DNA of 30,712 bases, filler included, from an uncultured virus (IMG/VR IMGVR_UViG_2049941000_000697) (Duplodnaviria > Heunggongvirae > Uroviricota > Caudoviricetes). It is 14 parts of one record of this genome, joined end to end, with 100 filler letters (N's around TTAATTAATTAA, not from the genome) between each part and the next. Parts side by side here need not be neighbours in the genome. Positions count along the whole stretch, not along the records: positions 16,084 to 18,595 come from IMGVR_UViG_2049941000_000697; positions 18,696 to 20,550 come from IMGVR_UViG_2049941000_000697; positions 20,651 to 21,272 come from IMGVR_UViG_2049941000_000697; positions 21,373 to 23,087 come from IMGVR_UViG_2049941000_000697; positions 23,188 to 23,793 come from IMGVR_UViG_2049941000_000697; positions 23,894 to 28,198 come from IMGVR_UViG_2049941000_000697; 8 more parts are not named here. The stretch is one strand, 5' to 3'. The translations under genes and the position numbers were made by a program. Shown here in pieces: positions 18,129 to 26,594 of the stretch. The notes beneath the pieces were generated by a model that searched no databases, had not been told where the DNA came from, and saw only the letters and a program-made list of their open reading frames with translations. Every line of letters starts with the position of its first letter. The stretch's first letter is position 1.

Positions 18129-18142
18129 GTTGCTCTCCTTTC

Positions 18143-18182
18143 AAAAAAAACGCGCCGTCCGGCCCCTCTATCCGGGCGGCGC
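18143..18182 (-). terminator. Intrinsic terminator between tail tube and tail chaperone genes
   Basis: GCGCCGCCCGG-ATAGAGGGG-CCGGACGGCGC stem (one mismatch) followed by GTTTTTTTT. Confidence 0.7.
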
Positions 18183-18207
18183 AGTCGTTGGTGCCTGGTG
18201 GTCGTTA

Positions 18208-18283
18208 TTACTGGGCGGCGCTCCCGCCGCTGGCGTTGACCCAGCTCGGCGCGCGCCCGCTGCTGCCGCCGATGTTGGTATGC
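18208..18283 (-). CDS. Major tail tube protein, C-terminus (TNIGGSSGRAPSWVNASGGSAAQ**)
   Basis: APSWV ending with double TAA, directly upstream of the terminator and chaperone. Confidence 0.6.
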
Positions 18284-18314
18284 NNNNNNNNNNATCACGG
18301 TCGCGGTCGCGGTG

Positions 18315-18593
18315 TCACTGCTCATTTTGTGATCCCCTTAAGCTGTCGGACATGTATTTCGCATGAATCCGAATCTGTGAATGTGTCAGGCGCGTATGCC
18401 AGCGCCAGCATGGCTCTCCATTTGGTGCGGAAACGGAATACGTTTTTCCGTCAAAGAGAATTTCGTCCCCGACTTCCGGCGTCACGTTCAGATCGGCGGT
18501 GCGAAAAATAAAGTCTCGCTGCTCGGTCCGAACGGTAACGCCGAAGCGGTCTTCCGCTCTGAAAAGGGTGCTGCCGAGTTTCGCCGGGACGTT
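18315..18593 (-). CDS. Head-tail joining protein (gpFII-like position), 5' truncated
   Basis: VPAKLGSTLFRAEDRFG...RDFIFRTADL..TPEVGDEI...YSVSAPNGEPCWRW...IRIHAK; absent from the ORF track because the start is in the gap. Confidence 0.7.
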   Translation of the reverse strand, partial: NVPAKLGSTLFRAEDRFGVTVRTEQRDFIFRTADLNVTPEVGDEILFDGKTYSVSAPNGEPCWRWHTRLTHSQIRIHAKYMSDSLRGSQNEQ

Positions 18594-18695
18594 CTNNNNN
18601 NNNNNNNNNNNNNNNNNNNNNNNNNNNNNNNNNNNNNNNTTAATTAATTAANNNNNNNNNNNNNNNNNNNNNNNNNNNNNNNNNNNNNNNNNNNN

Positions 18696-18980
18696 CTTGG
18701 CGGCCTTGCCCGCCCACATTTTGACGTGTGGGGTCGGATCCTCCTGCGTGCTGGTCGAAGCGGAGAGGTAGGCGGCCCAGCCGTTCTCCCACGCCACGAC
18801 CGTCTTGTTCTTGGTCGATTCGGTCACATCTTTCACCAGGCTCTCGCTGGTGTAGGTCTTCCGGATGAGGTTCCCCTCCGCATCGTACTCGCGGATGATG
18901 CTTTCGGTGGCGGTGCAGCCGGTCAGCACCAGCAGCAGCGCCGACAGCGCGACCGCGGTGGGGCAGAGCTTATACCACGC
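18696..18980 (-). CDS. Predicted lipoprotein, internal fragment
   Basis: AVALSALLLVLTGC lipobox followed by TATESIIREYDAEGNLIRKT... Confidence 0.6.
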
Positions 18981-18990
18981 NNNNNNNNNN

Positions 18991-19579
18991 GATCGTCGTC
19001 CGCGGGAGGCGGAGGCGGAACGTCATCGGTTGGGATCCCCAGTTGCTTCATCAGTTTCAGCTCCCGCGCGCGCTGGCGCAGCACCAGTTCGTAATCTCTG
19101 CCGTCGCGCGCGCATTCGTCGGCCAGCGTCGTCGTCATGTTGGCCAGCCGGGTCGCCTGCGCGCTCGCCTCCTTGACCGGATCGACGTGCTCGAAACCAT
19201 CCCACATCCAGGTGTGCAGGATCACCTGCTCGTCGCGATAGTCGCTCGGGTAGGCGATCCGGTCGAAGCCCTCGAATTCGCGCAAAAGCCGGTCCAGGAT
19301 CGTCTGCTCGATACGCCGGCGCTCGCCGTAGATCTTGCGGTGATATACCTGGTGATCGAGGCGGCCCGAAGCGTAATTCGATTTGCTGCAGTCGCCCTTC
19401 GCGATCGCGAACGGCATCGNNNNNNNNNNNNNNNNNNNNNNNNNNNNNNNNNNNNNNNNNNNNNNNNNNNNNNGCGGGCGCGCCGCCTCCGAGATCTTCG
19501 CATCGACGAATTCGACGAATTTGTCGGTCGGATGCTCCGATTTCATCTGATCGGCCGACCAGCCCTCCGGCAGCGCCAG
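18991..19579 (-). CDS. Portal protein, lambda family, C-terminal fragments
   Basis: LPEGW..QMKSEHP; GDCSKSNYASGRLD; WMWDGFEHVDPVKEASAQ...TTTLADEC..DGRDYELVLRQRARE. Confidence 0.9.
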
Positions 19580-20241
19580 NNNNNNNNNNNNNNNNNNNNN
19601 NNNNNNNNNNNNNNNNNNNNNNNNNNNNNNNNNNNNNNNNNNNNNNNNNNNNNNNNNNNNNNNNNNNNNNNNNNNNNNNNNNNNNNNNNNNNNNNNNNNN
19701 NNNNNNNNNNNNNNNNNNNNNNNNNNNNNNNNNNNNNNNNNNNNNNNNNNNNNNNNNNNNNNNNNNNNNNNNNNNNNNNNNNNNNNNNNNNNNNNNNNNN
19801 NNNNNNNNNNNNNNNNNNNNNNNNNNNNNNNNNNNNNNNNNNNNNNNNNNNNNNNNNNNNNNNNNNNNNNNNNNNNNNNNNNNNNNNNNNNNNNNNNNNN
19901 NNNNNNNNNNNNNNNNNNNNNNNNNNNNNNNNNNNNNNNNNNNNNNNNNNNNNNNNNNNNNNNNNNNNNNNNNNNNNNNNNNNNNNNNNNNNNNNNNNNN
20001 NNNNNNNNNNNNNNNNNNNNNNNNNNNNNNNNNNNNNNNNNNNNNNNNNNNNNNNNNNNNNNNNNNNNNNNNNNNNNNNNNNNNNNNNNNNNNNNNNNNN
20101 NNNNNNNNNNNNNNNNNNNNNNNNNNNNNNNNNNNNNNNNNNNNNNNNNNNNNNNNNNNNNNNNNNNNNNNNNNNNNNNNNNNNNNNNNNNNNNNNNNNN
20201 NNNNNNNNNNNNNNNNNNNNNNNNNNNNNNNNNNNNNNNNN

Positions 20242-20296
20242 CCTCTCCGATTTGACGAAATTCAGCTTCGAGAATTTCTCTTTCGTACTTATTCAT
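20242..20296 (-). CDS. N-terminus of a protein (MNKYEREILEAEFRQIGE), possibly of the 18696-18980 lipoprotein
   Basis: ATG at 20296 with GGAGG RBS, overlapping the upstream gene end. Confidence 0.45.
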
Positions 20297-20377
20297 TGCT
20301 GGCCTCCATGATCTCTTTCACGCGCTCGATTCCCTGCGGGATCGCGGCCTTGATGTCAGCGGCATTCTCCATTTTGT
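20289..20377 (-). CDS. C-terminus of a small protein (KMENAADIKAAIPQGIERVKEIMEASNE*), possibly of the 25457 lipoprotein
   Basis: Open frame from the gap to the stop at 20289; assignment is inference. Confidence 0.4.
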
Positions 20378-20387
20378 NNNNNNNNNN

Positions 20388-20550
20388 CGATGATTTCTTC
20401 AAGCTGTTTTTGATCTCTTCCTCGATCTCCTGCTCGATCATTTGCAGGAATTCCGGCTTGGCGATCAGCTCCGTCAGTTTCTGGGTCGCCCGCTCGGAGA
20501 TCTTGTCGCCCGCTTCGCGAAGCTGCTGCATGACCTTCCTCTGCGCGGGC
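20388..20550 (-). CDS. Tail assembly chaperone, probable C-terminal part
   Basis: RAQRKVMQQLREAGDKISERATQKLTELIAKPEF... fits after ...ELENFS of 17812-18128. Confidence 0.5.
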
Positions 20551-20650
20551 NNNNNNNNNNNNNNNNNNNNNNNNNNNNNNNNNNNNNNNNNNNNTTAATT
20601 AATTAANNNNNNNNNNNNNNNNNNNNNNNNNNNNNNNNNNNNNNNNNNNN

Positions 20651-20911
20651 GGTGCTGCGGAATCCGCTGTACGCCGGCGAGATCCACTACGCGGGGAAGG
20701 TCTATCCCGCGGAGCATCCGGCGATCGTGGACCGGGAGTTGTGGGAGGAGGTGCAGCGGCGGCTCGCGGAGGGGAAGCGCCAGAGTTACGCGCGGCACGG
20801 GGTGCCGCAGCACGATTACCTGCTGTCCGGGCTGGTGCGCTGCCACTGCGGCCACCAGATGACGGGCTACTCGGTGCCGGGGCGGAACGGCAGCAGATTC
20901 TTCTACCACAA
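20651..20911 (+). CDS. Large serine integrase (recombinase and Zn-ribbon domains), internal fragment
   Basis: VLRNPLYAGEIHY...HPAIVDRELWEEVQRRL...YLLSGLVRCHCGHQM. Confidence 0.9.
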
Positions 20912-20922
20912 NNNNNNNNNNC

Positions 20923-20951
20923 AAAAAAATCGAGGGCTGCTGCCCTCGATT
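20923..20951 (-). terminator. Intrinsic terminator after the gpT-position gene
   Basis: AATCGAGGGC-AGCA-GCCCTCGATT perfect stem followed by a T run, 3 nt after the stop at 20955. Confidence 0.8.
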
Positions 20952-20954
20952 CCG

Positions 20955-21272
20955 TCAGAGCTTGCCAGAAGCCATCTCCGCCATGGTCGGCATCCTTTGA
21001 TCAACGAACACCTGTTTTAATACCCTCATACTCGCGTTCTTGTCCAGTTGGATCTTCGGCACAGCTGCGACCTGGGTGCGGAACGGATTCAGTTTGACGA
21101 CGTCCACGGCGCGGGACCGGCGCGGATCCCGGTGCATATTGATCACTGCGGCGCAGATCGCCGCGGTGTGATCCCACGCCGTCACCTGGTGCGCGTTGTT
21201 CATCCGTAGCAGCTGGCGCAGCGTGAAGGGGCGCGGATCTATTCGGAGGAATCCGGCGAGCTCGTCGGTGGT
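20955..21272 (-). CDS. Pre-tape-measure chaperone (gpT position), 5' truncated
   Basis: ELAGFLRIDPRPFTLRQLLRM...AWDHTAAICAAVINMHRDPRRSRA...LNPF; frame open to the linker. Confidence 0.65.
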   Translation of the reverse strand, partial: TTDELAGFLRIDPRPFTLRQLLRMNNAHQVTAWDHTAAICAAVINMHRDPRRSRAVDVVKLNPFRTQVAAVPKIQLDKNASMRVLKQVFVDQRMPTMAEMASGKL

Positions 21273-21372
21273 NNNNNNNNNNNNNNNNNNNNNNNNNNNN
21301 NNNNNNNNNNNNNNNNTTAATTAATTAANNNNNNNNNNNNNNNNNNNNNNNNNNNNNNNNNNNNNNNNNNNN

Positions 21373-21520
21373 GACCTGCGCGGGATCGCCGAACAGATAC
21401 CAGCCCGTGCTGCTGCCGGCATTGCCGCCGCAGCCGATCTGCAGATACGGGCTGGAAACCACTTCCAGGCCGTACTTGGACAGAACGTTGAAGGCCGGGG
21501 AGACGGTGCTGCCGCCGACC
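21373..21520 (-). CDS. Major capsid protein, internal fragment (misplaced)
   Basis: EVVSSPYL...SSTGWYLFGDPAQV; 19-nt overlap with 21757-21775. Confidence 0.8.
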
Positions 21521-21549
21521 NNNNNNNNNNGGACTGGTGTTAATGTTCT

Positions 21550-21574
21550 GCCGGGGAGCTCCCCGCTCCCCGAC
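21550..21574 (-). other. GC-rich hairpin just after the capsid stop (no U tract)
   Basis: GTCGGGGAGC-GGGGA-GCTCCCCGGC, 10-bp stem with one G-U pair. Confidence 0.4.
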
Positions 21575-21591
21575 CGGTTGACATCACAACA

Positions 21592-22870
21592 TCAGGCGAC
21601 GACGCCGGTGTTGTAGGTCATGCCCTGATAGCTCTGCTCGCGAACGCCGAGATCGTACACGACGCGGAAGGCGATGCCGAGCGTGTTGAAATCGACGGCG
21701 CCCTGTTCCACGACCGGCACGCGGCGACCCTGGAGATAACCGATCTCGAAGGGATCGACCTGCGCGGGATCGCCGNNNNNNNNNNCGGGGAGAGCACCAG
21801 CTCGTTCGCCAGCGAATCGAGGCAGCTCGGAACGAACAGATACTTCGGCAGCACGTTGATCGGCTGGCCGTCGCTATCCTTCGCGAGCAGGAACTTGGAT
21901 CGGGCGGCCTTCAGAGCGGCGAGCGAAAGCGCGCCTTCGGTGCCGGTGGTGTAGTTCCCGTGCGCGGCGCTGAAGAGCGCGTTGCCGTCGGTGAAGGTCG
22001 GGTTGGAGAGCAGCCGGGCGTGGAAGAGCTGATCGATCTTCCGCGCGGCGCGCTGGCCCATGCCTTCCGGAATCGCCAGAAAGGCGCCCAGGTCGTCATT
22101 GTAGATCATCTGGCGGGTCAGCGTGAAAACCTTGCCATAGGTGGCGAGCTGGTTCACGGCCTTGTCTTCGGTCAGGCTGCCATGTTTGATCTCGNNNNNN
22201 NNNNGTCGGCCAGATCGCCGGCGCGGCAAAGCTTGGTCGCAATGGCCGGGGCCGCGTTGAAGGCCTGCAGCAATTTCTTGTTGGCCACGTTGCCGAGGAT
22301 CCCCGGCAGAGAGACGGTCGAAAAGGCCGCCTTGATCGTGTCATTGCCGAAGGTCGGGGAGACGCTCATGCCCTCCGCCTTGGCACAGAAGCGCAGCAGC
22401 TCCTTCAGCGTGATGCCGCGGAGCTTGTCCGCCGCCTCGACCACCTGCTCGGTGTAGCTGGCCATGATGGTATTTTCGCTGATCCCCTGGCTGAAACACA
22501 GCGCGGCTTCCAGCACCTTCGCATTGACTTCCGGCTCCGAGGCGACCATGACGTTGACGCCATGGGCGGCGACCTTCGCGGTGTGGGCCTTCAGCGCGGC
22601 GACGATTTTGGTCGTCTCCTGCACGGTGTAGCCGGCGTTGATCGCGTCGTTCGCGAAGCTGGCGTAATCGGTGCCGCAGGCCGCGATGATGCCGGCGCGG
22701 CGCTCGTTCTCCGCCTGCTGGCGCGCCTCGAGCTGCTGGGCGACGATCGCAGCGATCTTGTCCTCGTTGAGCGGCGCTGGAGCCGGCGCGGGCTGGGCTG
22801 CCGCGACTTTCACGGCGGCGGATTCGTTGGTCGCCTTGGTTTCCGGGTCGGTGGGTTTCTTTTCGCTCAT
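21592..22870 (-). CDS. Scaffold plus major capsid protein (Mu gpT-like/HK97 fold), gapped
   Basis: AAFSTVSLPGILGNVANKKLL, EIKHGSL, TYGKVFTLTRQMIYNDDLGAF, GQPINVLPKYLFVP, FEIGYLQGRRVP...DFNTLGIAFRVVYDLGV; ATG at 22870 with GAGGAGG RBS. Confidence 0.9.
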
Positions 22871-22897
22871 GTTGTCCTCCTCTTTGTNNNNNNNNNN

Positions 22898-23063
22898 TCT
22901 GTCTTCGATGTTCGTCAAAATGGCGCGCCGGCTGCAGGTCGAGGAGCTGCCGATCGACGCCCTGGAGAATTTCCGCTTCGGGCTGATCCGGGCGCTGATC
23001 AAAACGGACATGGCGGCGGCGGAAAAGGAGAAGGCGCTGCGGATCGTGGAGAATTTCTCGTGA
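22898..23063 (+). CDS. C-terminus of a + strand gene coupled to the integrase start (probable repressor)
   Basis: LQVEELPIDALENFRFGLIRALIKTDMAAAEKEKALRIVENFS*; stop overlaps the GTG at 23060. Confidence 0.5.
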
Positions 23064-23087
23064 ACGGCAAAAACTATCTGCTCTATG
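23060..23087 (+). CDS. Probable N-terminus of the serine integrase (MNGKNYLLY...)
   Basis: GTGA overlap; short beta-strand ending in Tyr, as precedes the YxRxS catalytic motif; same strand as 20651-20911. Confidence 0.5.
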
Positions 23088-23187
23088 NNNNNNNNNNNNN
23101 NNNNNNNNNNNNNNNNNNNNNNNNNNNNNNNTTAATTAATTAANNNNNNNNNNNNNNNNNNNNNNNNNNNNNNNNNNNNNNNNNNNN

Positions 23188-23417
23188 CTGCCCTGCACGT
23201 AACCGCTGGTCGCGTTCCAATACGCTGCATCGCCGACGTTGAAGGTAGCCGCGGTGCCCTTAACGATTTCGTAGACACCATCGGTGGCAATGGCGCCGAC
23301 CGTGTTGGCCGGGATGTCGGTTTTGGCGACGCCCACAAGTTCCCCGTTGATCACGACGTCGCCGGCCGCAATGCCGTCGGAACCGGCGGCGATGTTGATA
23401 GCCTTGCCATCCTGCAC
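23188..23417 (-). CDS. DUF2190-family capsid decoration/cement protein, partial
   Basis: VQDGKAINI...IAAGDVVINGELVGVAKTDIPANTVGAIATDGVYEIVK...FNVGDAAYWN. Confidence 0.85.
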
Positions 23418-23427
23418 NNNNNNNNNN

Positions 23428-23793
23428 ATCGATCACCAGCTTGTGCGAAGACCACCACTGCGAGACCGGCCCGCCGGAATAGGCGACGCCGGAGACGTCG
23501 GCCAGATCCTTCCGGCTCCGATCCTCTCCAGCAGCGGNNNNNNNNNNCGGATCCGCGCCCACGGCACAGATCGAGACTTCGCGCAGCATCGACTTCTTGA
23601 CATGCAGGAACGGGCCTTTGAATGTGCGCCCGTTGATCTCTCTTTCGTCGTCCGACTGCACCTCTTCGAGCGCCTCGATCTCGGCGCCGACGGAAAGCTG
23701 CCAGTCGTATTTCTTGCCGGCCTCGACGACCATCTTCCCGCGTTCGCTGGCGGTATCCACGCCGCCGGAGATCCGAAGCTCGTTGCCGGTGTT
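23428..23793 (-). CDS. Prohead protease domain, two fragments in swapped order
   Basis: VSGVAYSGGPVSQWW...LVID (23428-23537) and WQLSVGAE...INGRTFKGPFLHVKKSMLREVSICAVGADP (23548-23793). Confidence 0.8.
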
Positions 23794-23893
23794 NNNNNNN
23801 NNNNNNNNNNNNNNNNNNNNNNNNNNNNNNNNNNNNNTTAATTAATTAANNNNNNNNNNNNNNNNNNNNNNNNNNNNNNNNNNNNNNNNNNNN

Positions 23894-24641
23894 AGCCGCC
23901 GCTGGAAACGACCATGCTGCCGCCAGCGGAAACCGTAGTGTTCGATGCGGTCGCGCCGTTGCTGACGAACATACTGCCGTTCACGGTGGCATCGGTAACG
24001 TTCGCGCCATCAAAGAGCGTAATACGCGCTCCGGCACTTACCGTTAACACAGTCATACTGGCAAGACTGACCGCCATNNNNNNNNNNGAGGCAAGGTTGC
24101 TGGCGATGCCACCGGACAGCACTCGCATGAAGCCGCCGCTGAAAATGACGGTATCGCTTGCGATGCCGCCGCTTGATGCCCGAAAAATCGCGCCGCTGGA
24201 AACAGTTACGGCAGAGGCGATGCCACCGTTTAGGACATTCCCTTCTGTTCCATAAAGCGTCCTTTTTGAGAGGCTATGCGATACAACAAGACCATTTTTT
24301 GCCGACCCGCTGGATACGAAAAGATAGAAAGCGGAGGTTTCTCCCTCGNNNNNNNNNNGTTCCGCGCTCAACGGAAAGAGTGCCGCTGTCAACGGTCGGG
24401 GCAACCGCAACACCGCCGACATAGACCTGTAACTGCCCGTTCGCGTGGGCGAGGTTCGTGTTGCTGGCGATGCCGCCGCCCGAAACGGAAACATACCCGC
24501 CCGAAACCACGGTCTGCCCGGTGGCAACGCCGCGATTGTACACGGTAACATGGTTTGCGACCTCGCCGACCCCAATCGTGCCGCCCGTGTAGGTCATAGC
24601 CGAGGTGACGAGGATACCAGCAGAATCAACGATAACACCAC
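23894..24641 (-). CDS. AIDA-repeat beta-helix protein, three internal fragments
   Basis: NGGIASAVTVSSGAIFRASSGGIASDTVIFSGGFMRVLSGGIAS; VSNGATASNTTVSAGGSMVVSSGG; TVVSGGYVSVSGGGIASNT. Confidence 0.8.
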
Positions 24642-24779
24642 NNNNNNNNNNNNNNNNNNNNNNNNNNNNNNNNNNNNNNNNNNNNNNNNNNNNNNNNNNN
24701 NNNNNNNNNNNNNNNNNNNNNNNNNNNNNNNNNNNNNNNNNNNNNNNNNNNNNNNNNNNNNNNNNNNNNNNNNNNNNNN

Positions 24780-25271
24780 TTGATCACGCGATACGGCGTC
24801 CCGAATTCGTTGGTCGGGTTCGTGAATCCGGAGATCAACACCACCGGCACGCGACAGCACCAGGCCAGCCAGGAGAGCCCGCTCGAAAGCCCGATGAAAA
24901 AATCCGCGTCCTTGATGAGATCGATCCGCTCCTGCAGCGGAAGGTCGCCGGTGAAGTTCTCCGCGCCGTAAGGCAGATAATTCCAGACCGGCGAGCAGCC
25001 GTGCTCCGGTTCGCGATCGATACACAGCACCCGATACCCATTCCGCAACAGAAAATCCACTACTTCGCGCCAACCGTGGGGATTGTTCCAGTATTTCGGC
25101 TGGCTACTGGCGTGGGCGCCGATGCAGACGTACTTCTCCCGGATCCGGCGCGGCGCCGAAAGATCGACCAGGGGCGCCTCATCCGCGAGATCCGCGCCCG
25201 TCAGACCGAGGATGTGCCCCGCCGTCTTGTGCAGGCCGATGAACCGGTAGTCGTAGGGCTGATTGTCCTCG
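24780..25271 (-). CDS. Autotransporter strand-loop-strand O-heptosyltransferase (TibC/Aah family, GT9-like), internal fragment
   Basis: QPYDYRFIGLHKTAGHILG...SAPRRIREKYVCIG...QPKYWNNPHGW...GYRVLCIDRE...VWNYLPYGAENFTGDLPLQERIDL...FFIGLSSGLSWLAW...PVVLISGFT.P.NEF.TPYRV matches recalled TibC/Aah motifs throughout; frame extends well upstream of the track's start. Confidence 0.9.
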
Positions 25272-25281
25272 NNNNNNNNNN

Positions 25282-25457
25282 TGTCCGTCGTTCTCGATGA
25301 GTTCGACGATCTTCTCCCGGATCTCGGCCCTGGTCTCGGTGGTGATGCAGCCCGTGGTGGCGTACATCATGGTCATGGCAAAAACGATCAGCAGCAGCAC
25401 GACGACGACTGCACCGATGGCTTCCCCGTGATTTTTGACGATACTCCAGATCTTCAC
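25282..25457 (-). CDS. Membrane or lipoprotein, N-terminal part
   Basis: GTG coupled to the upstream stop; hydrophobic AIGAVVVVLLLIVFAMTMMYA followed by TTGC. Confidence 0.6.
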
Positions 25458-25777
25458 TTCTTGTCTCCTTCCTTTTGATGGAACGGGCAGCGCTCGATGT
25501 GCTCCCCGATGGCGGCCTTGATCTCCCGCTGGATGTCCTCTTTGTCCCAGAGTTTCCCCTCCAGCCGGGCGATGTCAACCTTAATGGATTCCAGCGCCGC
25601 CCGGATGGTGTTCAGTTCTTCCGGCAGCGTGCCGAGTTTCAGCGTGATCACCCATTTCCCCACGGTGATGATAAAGCCGAAAGCGATGATCCCCAGAAGT
25701 ATCAGCGTTACGACCTGAACCGGGGTTATTCCTTGCGCCACTTCGACGATGGTTTCCGGTGTGACTTGCGGATTCAT
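25454..25777 (-). CDS. Single-TM coiled-coil protein (holin-like position)
   Basis: VVTLILLGIIAFGFIITVGKWVI TM segment, then coiled coil and HIERCP; coupled to DUF1353. Confidence 0.6.
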   Translation of the reverse strand: MNPQVTPETIVEVAQGITPVQVVTLILLGIIAFGFIITVGKWVITLKLGTLPEELNTIRAALESIKVDIARLEGKLWDKEDIQREIKAAIGEHIERCPFHQKEGDKK

Positions 25778-26163
25778 CACTCCCCACTCTCCACGGCGAT
25801 CAAGCTGGCGTTCGATTGCCATACCACCCAGCCGCCGATCCTGACACCGAGATAGGCCTTGAGCGCATGATAGACCGAAAGTCCGTCCTCGATGAGAAAA
25901 CAGATGAACATCAGATCGGCCTCGGCCCGGGTCCAGCCATCAGGCTGGGTGCGGTAGATCCAGTCGTGCGCCACGGCGGCGCGGACGGCGCGCGGGTCGA
26001 GCGGCGGGCAGACCGTGCTCCAGAAGAGGCGCGGGACGGAGGCACCGTCAGATTCAAAACCGCGTGGGATGAAAAAGGTCTTCCCCCGAAACGTGATCTG
26101 CGTGGCGGTCAGCGTGGTCAGCACGTTGCCGCGCGCGTCCTCCAGGTGGATATCGATCTTCAT
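25777..26163 (-). CDS. DUF1353 domain protein
   Basis: FIPRGFESDGASVPRLFW...RAAVAHDWIY...TRAEADLMF...AYLGVRIGGW. Confidence 0.9.
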   Translation of the reverse strand: MKIDIHLEDARGNVLTTLTATQITFRGKTFFIPRGFESDGASVPRLFWSTVCPPLDPRAVRAAVAHDWIYRTQPDGWTRAEADLMFICFLIEDGLSVYHALKAYLGVRIGGWVVWQSNASLIAVESGE

Positions 26164-26582
26164 TCAGCCGCCTCCACTCCCCGCCAGCATTCGTACCACC
26201 ATTTCGGCTGGTCGAGTCCGATTTTTCTGCCGAGATACACGCAGAGGTCATTCGCCGCCGACCACGCTTGCGCGAATTGCATCCCCTCCAGCGTACCCCA
26301 AACGGAGGCTTTGCGGAGTTTTTCCATCTCATCGAAGCCGCCGTGGAATTTATCGTCCCCGATAGCCGCGCCGATTTGCTGGCAGACCGCCCGGAACTGC
26401 TGACACGCCGCTTCAAATTCGGCGCGTCTGTGGTCGTAGTCATCATCCCGCCACATGGTAAACCCGTTTTCGGTTCGCCATTCTTCACTCACCCACGGGT
26501 TGAATTTCCAGCCTTCGCTCTCGCCATCGGTGATTTTGATAGCGTCCGGTGCTTTTTCGCCTTTGCTGTTATACCACGACAT
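26160..26582 (-). CDS. Hypothetical protein downstream of the AIDA-repeat gene (fibre-chaperone position)
   Basis: Complete 140-aa ORF with AAGGAGG RBS. Confidence 0.7.
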   Translation of the reverse strand: MSWYNSKGEKAPDAIKITDGESEGWKFNPWVSEEWRTENGFTMWRDDDYDHRRAEFEAACQQFRAVCQQIGAAIGDDKFHGGFDEMEKLRKASVWGTLEGMQFAQAWSAANDLCVYLGRKIGLDQPKWWYECWRGVEAAE

Positions 26583-26594
26583 TTTGACCTCCTT

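Noticed and set aside
20388..20420. Programmed -1 frameshift between the tail chaperone genes
   Set aside because: The only candidate (ATC AAA AAC) is not a canonical X XXY YYZ heptamer, and the true junction lies in a gap.
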